The translations under genes were made by a program, and so were the position numbers. Shown here piece by piece: positions 20,470 to 29,200 of a stretch of DNA of 64,000 bases (positions are counted from its first letter, which is position 1; every line of letters begins with the position of its first letter). The stretch covers positions 380,098 to 444,097 of the forward strand of contig JABGXB010000002.1 of the NCBI GenBank assembly GCA_018675975.1, read 5' to 3'. The notes beneath the pieces are model-generated. The model was not told the DNA's origin. It saw only the letters and a program-made list of their open reading frames with translations, and did no database searches. This DNA is from Candidatus Woesearchaeota archaeon. Lineage in GTDB: Archaea; Nanobdellota; Nanobdellia; Woesearchaeales; JABGXB01.

Positions 20470-21360
20470 ATGGAATTAACATTTTTAGGAACTTCAACAA
20501 TGGCACCAACTAAAGATAGAAATAATACTGCTATTTATTTACAAACAGAAAAATATGGTATATTATTTGATTGTGCTGAAGGAACTCAAAGACAATTTAA
20601 AATTGGGAAAATTAATTTTAATAAATTAGATTTTATTTTAATTAGCCATCATCACGGAGATCATACTTTAGGTATTTGTGGACTAATACAAACTTTGGCA
20701 ACAAATAATTATAAAAAAAAATTAACTATATTTGGACCAAAAGATACTAAAAAATATATTAAAAATGCAATGAATAGTTGTATTTTTACTAGTAAAATTG
20801 ATTTGGATATAATTGAGATTAGTAATGGTAAAATTTTTGAAAATGAAAATATTGTTATAGAATCATTAGAAATGACTCATTCAGTTCCTTGTGTAGCTTA
20901 TAGCTTAATTCAAAAAGGGCATAGGAGATTTGATTTAGAAAAAATGAAAAAATTAAATGTAAAAGAAGGACCTTTGTGGAATGAATTACAAAAAGGAAAA
21001 TCAATAACTGTTAATAATAAAACTATAAAACCAAGTGATGTAACATTTTTATCTTCAGATAAAAAAGTAACTTATTGTATTGATACAAGTTTAAATAAAA
21101 ATACATATAAGATTTCAAAAGATGCAGATATTTTAATATGTGAATCTACTTTTGATGAAGATTTAAAAGATAAAGCTCAAGACTATGGTCATATGAGTGT
21201 AGATGAGGCTTGTGACATTGCAAATAAATCAAAAGTAAAACAATTAATACTAACTCATTTTTCAGCAAGATATAAAACTACAGATGGAATTTTAAAACAT
21301 GCAAAAGAATATTTTAAAAATGTAATATGTGCATATGATTTTTTTAAGGTTAAAATATGA
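20470..21360 (+). CDS. rnz: Ribonuclease Z (tRNase Z)
   Basis: FLGTS, FDCAEGTQRQ, SHHHGDH, GP exosite, ICESTF, GHM, LTHFSARY. Confidence 0.95.
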   Translation: MELTFLGTSTMAPTKDRNNTAIYLQTEKYGILFDCAEGTQRQFKIGKINFNKLDFILISHHHGDHTLGICGLIQTLATNNYKKKLTIFGPKDTKKYIKNAMNSCIFTSKIDLDIIEISNGKIFENENIVIESLEMTHSVPCVAYSLIQKGHRRFDLEKMKKLNVKEGPLWNELQKGKSITVNNKTIKPSDVTFLSSDKKVTYCIDTSLNKNTYKISKDADILICESTFDEDLKDKAQDYGHMSVDEACDIANKSKVKQLILTHFSARYKTTDGILKHAKEYFKNVICAYDFFKVKI

Positions 21361-21881
21361 AATTTAAAACAAATTTAATTAATGGAAAAATATTTAGTCA
21401 AGAAAATAATAAAGCTCACACTCTTTTTGACAAAAGTAATATGGGGAGTATATTTAAACAAGGCATTATTGAATTGAATTTATATGAAGCAATGTATTTA
21501 CTTGAAAAAAGAAAAATTGATCTTTTTTTTAAAAATGAATTATTAACTGACGATCAAATAATAAATAAATTTGTAAAATTAGATAAACAATTTTTAAACA
21601 ATTATTGTGTATATAAAGACTTAAGATCAAAAGGTTATATTTTAAAAAGTGGTTTTAAATATGGTTCTAATTTTATTGTTTACCCTAAAGGTAAAAAACC
21701 AAATAAAACTCATAGTAAATGGATTTGTTTTGTAAAAAAAGAATCTGATAAATTAAATTTATATGAATTTGCTTCAAAACATAGAATTGCACATTCAACT
21801 AAAAAAAATATATTAATTGCAATTATATTAAATGATAATAATTCTATTTTATATTATGAAAGTAATTGGATAAAACCATGA
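21357..21881 (+). CDS. endA: tRNA-splicing endonuclease, catalytic subunit
   Basis: LYEAMYL, VYKDLRSKGY, GFKYGSNFIVY (Tyr), HSKW (His), RIAHSTKK (Lys). Confidence 0.92.
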   Translation: MKFKTNLINGKIFSQENNKAHTLFDKSNMGSIFKQGIIELNLYEAMYLLEKRKIDLFFKNELLTDDQIINKFVKLDKQFLNNYCVYKDLRSKGYILKSGFKYGSNFIVYPKGKKPNKTHSKWICFVKKESDKLNLYEFASKHRIAHSTKKNILIAIILNDNNSILYYESNWIKP

Positions 21882-22639
21882 TAGTTGTTCCATATAATCC
21901 AATAGCATTTTCTATATTCAATATTGAAATAAGATGGTATGGTATTATATATGCACTAAGCTTATTACTAATTTATTTTTCTTTTCATATATTATCTAAA
22001 AAAAATAAAGTTAAATTAAATGAAGATGATATTGATAATTATTTTATATTATTTTTATTAGCAAATTTAATTGGTGCTAGATTATTTGATTTTATTTTTT
22101 ATTATCCTTCAAAATTATTTGCAGATCCTTTATCTGTTTTATACATTTGGAATGGTGGTTTATCATTTCATGGTGGTTTAATTGGTATTTTAATTGCGAC
22201 TTATTTTTATTCAAAATATAAAAAAGTAAATCTGTGGCCAATTCTTGATTTAATTGCATTAATAGTACCATTAATTTTAGCAATAGGTAGAATTGGAAAT
22301 TTTATTAATCATGAATTAGTTGGAAAAATATGGCAAAGCGATTATTGTTTTAATTTTGCAACAATTTCTGGATGTAGATATCCATCTCAATTATTTGAAT
22401 CATTTTATAGTACAATATTATTTATAATAATGATTTATGTATATAAAAAAAAATTACCAGATGGATTAACTTTTTTTATAGGGTTTACATTATATGGATT
22501 ATTTAGATTTATATTTAATTTTTTTAGAGATGACACTTTAATTTTATTAAATCTGAGCATGGGACAAATATTAAGTTTACTTATGTTTATATTTGGCTTA
22601 ATTATAATAATAAAAAAGTATTATAGTGATGATGATTGA
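21878..22639 (+). CDS. lgt: Prolipoprotein diacylglyceryl transferase (bacterial-type Lgt)
   Basis: Multi-TM protein with IRWYG, IGARL, GGLSFHGG, GRIGNFINHELVG, YPSQLFE, YGLFRF..FFR, LSMGQILS. Start ATG 21878 overlaps the endA stop (ATGA). Confidence 0.93.
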   Translation: MIVVPYNPIAFSIFNIEIRWYGIIYALSLLLIYFSFHILSKKNKVKLNEDDIDNYFILFLLANLIGARLFDFIFYYPSKLFADPLSVLYIWNGGLSFHGGLIGILIATYFYSKYKKVNLWPILDLIALIVPLILAIGRIGNFINHELVGKIWQSDYCFNFATISGCRYPSQLFESFYSTILFIIMIYVYKKKLPDGLTFFIGFTLYGLFRFIFNFFRDDTLILLNLSMGQILSLLMFIFGLIIIIKKYYSDDD

Positions 22640-22683
22640 CAGGCGATATGATTATTGATTATAATTTTTTATTCTGAGCTATA
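22622..22683 (+). ncRNA. Box C/D guide sRNA, predicted to guide 16S rRNA Cm1402-equivalent
   Basis: Stem TATAGT/GCTATA; C box ATGATGA 22629-35; guide TTGACAGGCGAT; D' ATGA 22648-51; C' TTGATTA 22655-61; D CTGA 22674-77; followed by T6. Confidence 0.75.
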
Positions 22684-22761
22684 CTTTTTTAATTTAATTT
22701 TATTATAATTATATACTCGTTTCAAGTAATCTTTATAAATCTACAAATTGCAAAATCAATT

Positions 22762-23865
22762 ATGAGAGATAGAGTTCTAGATTTTGTAAAAGCAAATGGT
22801 CCTGTAATACCAACAGCAGTTTCTAAAAATCTAAAAATAGATTCAATATTAGCTGGTGCTTTTTTATCAAGTTTAATAAGCTTAAAATTAATGAAAGTTA
22901 GTGATTTAAAAGTAGGTTCTTCTCCTTTATATTATACTGAAGGACAAGAAAAAAAATTACAAGATTTTTCATCTAATTTAAATGAAAAAGATTTTAAAAC
23001 ATATCTTACATTAAAAGAAAATCAAGTATTAAGAGACTCACAATGTGATGCATTAACAAGAGTTAGTCTATCTACATTAAGGGATTTTGCAATTCCTTTA
23101 AATATAACTTATAATGGTGAAGCAATTAAAATTTGGAAATGGTATTTATTAAAAGATAATCAATTAACTCAAAAAATAACTGAATTATTAAATATAGATA
23201 CTGATTCTCAAAAAACAAATCAAAATTCAGATGAGTCTAAACAAGAAATAAATAATGAACCCAAAGTCGAAAATAAAACTCAATTATCTGATCAGAAAGC
23301 TCCCGATTTTAAAATTTTAAAAACTCAACTTGAAAAAACAGAACAAAATAACAATAAAAGAATTGAGGAATTAGAACGATTAGTAAAAACAATAATTAAT
23401 AAAACAACTAATTCAAATCTGCCTGAATCTAATGTTATTAGTGAAACTAATGATGAAACAGATGCTAAATTTGTAGATCAAACAGAATCATTACCTAAAA
23501 ATTTTAAACATTTAAATTCATTATTAAATCAAAAAAATATTAAATTAAATACTGATGATGATATATATATTAAAGTAAATGATTTTATTTCTAAAAATAA
23601 TTGCCAAATATTAAATTTTAAAATACTTAGAAAATCAAATGAAGCAGACTTTCTAATAAATCAAAATAATTTTTTTGGATCTCAAAAATATTATTTAAAA
23701 TTTAAAAATAAAAAAATTATATCTGACTCTGATTTACAAATTACTTTAGAGGGTGGAAATTTAATTAATTTAACTCCCATCTTAATATCAACTTCTGATT
23801 TAAATAAAAAAGGAATATCTTACTTAAATAATAATGATGGAAAAATATTTTTCTCTAAACTCTGA
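22762..23865 (+). CDS. Hypothetical protein with possible N-terminal winged helix
   Basis: 367-aa ORF with TATA TTTATAAA 22 nt upstream. N-terminus GPVIPTAVSK...AGAFLSSL...GSSPLYY, then a low-complexity linker. Confidence 0.7.
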   Translation: MRDRVLDFVKANGPVIPTAVSKNLKIDSILAGAFLSSLISLKLMKVSDLKVGSSPLYYTEGQEKKLQDFSSNLNEKDFKTYLTLKENQVLRDSQCDALTRVSLSTLRDFAIPLNITYNGEAIKIWKWYLLKDNQLTQKITELLNIDTDSQKTNQNSDESKQEINNEPKVENKTQLSDQKAPDFKILKTQLEKTEQNNNKRIEELERLVKTIINKTTNSNLPESNVISETNDETDAKFVDQTESLPKNFKHLNSLLNQKNIKLNTDDDIYIKVNDFISKNNCQILNFKILRKSNEADFLINQNNFFGSQKYYLKFKNKKIISDSDLQITLEGGNLINLTPILISTSDLNKKGISYLNNNDGKIFFSKL

Positions 23866-23916
23866 TTTTCTAACCAATTTGGTTAAATTTATGAATAAAT
23901 AATTTTGCTAATACTT

Positions 23917-24114
23917 ATGGTAAAAGTATATATTGAAAAAGATAATAAAAATATAGAATTAGAATTTAATGGTAAAATTATTGATTTAGCAAAATCTTTA
24001 AATGTAAATATAGAGACTGTAATATGTGTTTTAAATGAAAGTGTTGTAAATGAAAATACTAATATTAAAAATAGTGATAATATTCAATTTTTAAGCGTAA
24101 TATCTGGTGGATAA
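23917..24114 (+). CDS. Ubiquitin-like sulfur carrier (MoaD/ThiS/SAMP family)
   Basis: 65 aa, beta-grasp size, ends VISGG; abuts the tRNA thiolase gene. Confidence 0.88.
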   Translation: MVKVYIEKDNKNIELEFNGKIIDLAKSLNVNIETVICVLNESVVNENTNIKNSDNIQFLSVISGG

Positions 24115-25044
24115 ATGAAGTGTAAAAAATGTAATAATGGTGTTTTAATTAATGATTTATGTAATGATCACTTTATAGAATATTTTGAAAATATTGTAAA
24201 AAAAACAATAAAAGAATATAATTTAATTGAAAAAGATGATAAAATAATTGTAGCTACTTCAGGTGGAAAAGATTCAATAACTATTTTGTATTTATTAAAT
24301 AAATTTTATAATAATGTAGAGGCATTATGTATTGATGAAGGTATTAAAGGATATCGTTCAAAAACATTATTAACATTAAAACAATTTTGTAAAGAATATA
24401 ATATAAAATTAAATGTCTATTCATATAAAAAAGAATTTGGTCATTCACTTGACTATTTTATGGATTTAATTTCAAAATATAATAAAATTAAAAAATTAAA
24501 TATTAAACCTTGCACCATATGTGGTATTTTTAGAAGATATATGATAAATAAATATAGTACTGGTTTTGATAAAAGTGCAACTGGGCATAATTTAGATGAT
24601 GAAAGTCAAGCAATATTAATGAATCTTTTAAAAAATCAAATTCCAATTTTAGCGCGTTTTGGTCCATTAACTGGAATAAGCAATGAAAATTTATTTGTAC
24701 CTAGAATAAAACCATTATATTTTTTGAGTGAAAAAGAAATATTAACTTATTCATATTTGAAAAAATTTGATTTATTTTATACTGAATGTCCTTATGTACC
24801 ACAAGCATTTAGAGCAGAAGTAAGAGATAATTTAAATGAAATTAGTAAATCAAAAACAAATGAAATTAAATTAAATATAGTAAACAATTTTTTAGAAATA
24901 TCAAAAAAATTAAAATCAAAATATAAAGACACAATACAAATAAATTATTGTACTATTTGTAATATTGCTACAAATAAAAAAATCTGTAATAAATGTGAAC
25001 TTATAGAAAAAATAAATATGGTAAAAAAAGAATGCAAATTATAG
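24115..25044 (+). CDS. tRNA 2-thiolation protein (NcsA/TtuA/Ctu1 family)
   Basis: N- and C-terminal Zn fingers, PP-loop SGGKDS, PCTICGIFRR, TGHNLDDE, RIKPL, ECPY. Confidence 0.92.
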   Translation: MKCKKCNNGVLINDLCNDHFIEYFENIVKKTIKEYNLIEKDDKIIVATSGGKDSITILYLLNKFYNNVEALCIDEGIKGYRSKTLLTLKQFCKEYNIKLNVYSYKKEFGHSLDYFMDLISKYNKIKKLNIKPCTICGIFRRYMINKYSTGFDKSATGHNLDDESQAILMNLLKNQIPILARFGPLTGISNENLFVPRIKPLYFLSEKEILTYSYLKKFDLFYTECPYVPQAFRAEVRDNLNEISKSKTNEIKLNIVNNFLEISKKLKSKYKDTIQINYCTICNIATNKKICNKCELIEKINMVKKECKL

Positions 25045-25547
25045 CTTTTACTGGGACGCCAGGTACTGGTAAAACAACATTATCAAAAGAATTTTGTAAA
25101 TTATATAATGGTAATTATATAAATATTTTAGATATAATTAAAGAAAATAAATTATATGATACTTTTGATAAAAAAGATGATACTTTAGATGTAGATATTA
25201 ATAAATTTATTAATTTCATGATTGATTTTATAGTAAAAAAACAAAATTTAAATATTGAATGTAGTGAATTTGACTATTTAGTTATAGATTCACACTTATC
25301 TCATTTTATACCCAATGAATATATTGATTTTGTAATTGTTTGTGTTTGTGATTTAAAAATATTAAATGCAAGATTAATTGAAAGAAATTATTCTAAACAA
25401 AAAATTAAAGACAATTTAGATTCTGAAATTTTTGATACTATTGTAGAAGAAGTAAAAGAAATAGGTCATAAATTTACTGTTTTAAATACCTCAAAAAATT
25501 ATATAAAAAATTCAATAGATCAAATAAAAGATTTATTAAAATTTTAA
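25032..25547 (+). CDS. Adenylate kinase 6 / Fap7-type kinase
   Basis: GTPGTGKTT, DSHLSH, RL..RNYS..KI..N..SEI. Confidence 0.88.
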   Translation: MQIIAFTGTPGTGKTTLSKEFCKLYNGNYINILDIIKENKLYDTFDKKDDTLDVDINKFINFMIDFIVKKQNLNIECSEFDYLVIDSHLSHFIPNEYIDFVIVCVCDLKILNARLIERNYSKQKIKDNLDSEIFDTIVEEVKEIGHKFTVLNTSKNYIKNSIDQIKDLLKF

Positions 25548-26135
25548 TATTGCATATTTATCATTTTCATCCAATAATTCATATTCATTTTTTGCAAATG
25601 AACAAATTTGAAAATCAATATTAAATTTTTTAGCCAAATTATAATTTTGTTGAATTCTATGTATATATGGCATCAAATTATTAAATTCCACAATAATTGT
25701 AATATTATTTTCATTAAAATTTCTTAATATATTTTCATTTGTACCACTTCTAATTTGATTAAAATAATCCCATTTTTCAATACACTCTAAATTGCAAATA
25801 TAATTATAATTTTTTATAATAAACTTAAAATTACTTACAAATTCTTCTTTTTCTGCCTTGTATAAATATTTTACTTTTTTATTTTTTATTTTTGTTTTAA
25901 CTTTTTGCAAGTCTTTAATATCAATTTGTAATATAATTTCATATTCAAATAATTCATCTATTTTATATTTTTGAATTAGCTCAATTAAATCATCAATTTT
26001 TTCAAAATTATTAATATTAAAACCCAATTTTTTTATATTTAATTTATTTGCAATTTCAATATAATTTAATATATTACTTTTGTTAATTTTGTTAATTATT
26101 TCCATGTTTTTATCCATTTTTAAGTATATTTTCAC
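25536..26135 (-). CDS. Probable RNase P protein component 3 (Rpp30), divergent
   Basis: C-terminal half DYFNQIRSG.N...ENNITI...NYNLAKKFNI...SFAKNEYEL resembles archaeal Rpp30. Start codon uncertain. Confidence 0.65.
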   Translation of the reverse strand: MKIYLKMDKNMEIINKINKSNILNYIEIANKLNIKKLGFNINNFEKIDDLIELIQKYKIDELFEYEIILQIDIKDLQKVKTKIKNKKVKYLYKAEKEEFVSNFKFIIKNYNYICNLECIEKWDYFNQIRSGTNENILRNFNENNITIIVEFNNLMPYIHRIQQNYNLAKKFNIDFQICSFAKNEYELLDENDKYAILKF

Positions 26136-26206
26136 TATTAATAAAGGTCACGATAGTAATGTTTTTAAACCTCATTTATAAAAAATAATTAGGTAGTTGA
26201 ATATTT

Positions 26207-29200
26207 ATGTTAAAAAAAGGGGTGTTTTTTAATTTATTAGTACTGATTTTATTAGTTTTACCTTTAATTCAAGGAGCTGAGTACTATTCAGTTCCAGATA
26301 ATTTTGATTTTTTTAATAGAACCGATGTTAAATTTAATCCTGACTTAATTAGTTCAGCTACTTATACTTGTGCGGATATTAATGGTAATTTATGTGAACG
26401 TTTTCCTGATGATAGTTGTGAACTTTTTATTAATTCAAATGAATTAGAAAAATCAGGAACAAATTTATGTTCAAATAATGCTGGTTGTGTTTTTTTAAAC
26501 CCTCCTAAAGGTTATGGTGGCGAAGGTACACCATTATCTCATTTATGTAATGTTGAAAATTATGATTATTATAATCAACCTTTACTTAGTTTAATGGCAC
26601 AATGTGTAACTGCAAATGATGGTGTTGATTGTGATTTAAATTCAACTTTTCAAGGTTATGACAGTCAAATGTGTAATATTGTTTTATGTTCTATAAATAA
26701 AGAAAATGAAATAAATGGTACTATATCAGTTCCTCAAGGTTTAAATGTTGGGATTGGCGATATAACTGTTAATTTTATTGCATCATTAGCGGTATCAAAT
26801 AGTCCAGGATACAAAGGTATTGTAGAGCTTAAAGATAATAAATTATTTTATAGAATACAAGGTTTACCCGATAATTTACCAAACGGTGTTTTATCTATTA
26901 GTGCTGATTCTAAATTTAATTTACAAAAAGAAATTAAAAAAAATGTAGAAATTAATACAATAAATAATATAGATTTACTTTTTACAATTGATGTAAATGT
27001 TAATTTAGATTTGACATTTAAATCCAATGGTGTTGAAATATTAAATCCAAAAGGTTATGTAACTGTAATTAGTGAAATTGATTTAAGGGAAGAAACTAAG
27101 GATTTTTCTGATGATTTAATGAATTTTCCAGATTTACCTGCAAGAAATGTAACTGTATTTTCTTATATTGATGGATATGAATTTAAAAAAACCAAATTTG
27201 AATTGACTGAAGATATTAATATTAAAGAGATTGATTTAAAAGTTTTAACGTCTCCAAAACATATCACACTAACTGTTAAAAATTTCAATGATGTTGATTT
27301 ACCAGATGTAAATATATATTTCAAATCCACAGGTAATAGTCCCTTTTCTGGATTTAATAAAACTGATACTACTGGAAATTCTGGTTTTAATTTACCTGTT
27401 GGTGCAGCTGGATATTTTTTATTCAAAAAATTCGGTTATGTTGAAAAAATTGTAAATTATGATTCAACTAATTTTAATTCTAATATTCAATTAGATGCGT
27501 GGGTATCTAGAAAATGTTCTGAATTTGGCGGGGATTTATACTTAAGAAAAACATTACTTTCTGAAAATAAATATTGTTCTTCCTCTGGTTATATTAATAT
27601 GTACAAAAATAATATTTCTTTTTCTGAAGGAAATGTTCCATTAGATGAAAATAATATAGATGATTATGTTTGTTGTACTGAAATTGTTACTACTAATTTA
27701 CCATTTAAAGATACTGATTATGATGGTGTTTTTGATCATGTAGATGTTTGTCCTAAAAATGCATTAATACAAACAAAAAATGATCCATTATATTCTGAAA
27801 CTGAATCCCCAAGTAAATCTCATGAAGATATTTCTTTTTGTCAAGATGGTGTAGATAATGATTGTGATGGGGCAATAGATAATTTAGATGATGATTGTAA
27901 TAATGTTTGTTCAATTAATAATTGTAATATTAATGACAAAGAATATTGCTTTGATAATGATGGAACTCCTGAAACAAAAACAATTAATAAAGATACAAGT
28001 GGTATTGCTATACTTGATGATACTTTATTTGAATATTGTTCCCAATGTCAATCAATTGACTCAGCATTTTGTCAAGATAAATTATTAGGTCAGGTAGATT
28101 ATGAATGTTGTAATAATGTTTGTGAAACTCCTGAAGATATTTTTAATTTAAATGTTGAAGATTCTATTTGTTCTGCAAATCAAAATGTTTGTAAAAGTGG
28201 AACATGTGTTTTATTAGATTCATGTGTACAAAATACATTTTTTGGTAAAATTAATATTTTAGATGCAAATGCAGAAAATAGCTGTGTTTGTGGTTCAACA
28301 ATAGTAGATTATAATAATCAAGATGAATCTTCTGCTTGTTGTATTAATGGAAATTATTATTCTGATTGTAATGGAATATTAAATACTTTTAAAATCAAAT
28401 TAAGTTTTTATGATCAAAAAGGACAAGATTTATTTTTACCATTTTCAGAACAAGTACAATTATTAATTATTCCAAGAGAAACTTCAAATATTAAACCATT
28501 TAGATTTGACCAAACTGGTTCAAATGGAATTATAACTGGTCTTTTAAGTTCTGATTATACTTTAATAGTAACTGCCGTTGATCGAAATCCTGAATTTGTA
28601 GAAATAACTAAATCTGATTTTGAAAAAGCAGTTGATAATTCACATGAAATAAATAAAAGAGTTGAGTTTAAAACAAATTTAAATTTAGAGTGTGCAAATA
28701 AAGAACCTAATGTTAATTTTAAAGTTTCTTCAATTAAATCAGAACCAAATTCAAATATAACTTGGACAAATCCATGTAGTGAATATAATGAAAGTAATTT
28801 AATTACTCATTATTTAATTAAAAGAACTAAATTAAATTATTTTGATTTTAGAACTAAAGATTTAGTTACGGATTATACAAATTTAATAAGTAATTCATTT
28901 GGTGTGGGTATCGATTATAGGGATGATGGTTTTTTACCTTCTGATTATGCTTCAGAATTTGTTGCATTAATTCCCAATAATAAATATGAAATAGATTCAA
29001 ATAGTGATTGTACTGATGAAAGCAATAGTGAATGTGCATTAAAGGATGAATTTGGAAGAATTATACATAAAGAAAATTGGACTTATGTTGATGAATTAGA
29101 TAAATGGGGTATAGAATTAGATGGAAATAAAAATTCATATCTTTATGAAATGCGTGCATATTATGTAGGTAATAGACATAGTAAATTTTCAATACCTGAT

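Noticed and set aside
23834..23865. ATGATGG...CTGA at the end of the 367-aa gene as a third C/D RNA
   Set aside because: Imperfect C box, only 21 nt between boxes, and no internal D'/C' pair.
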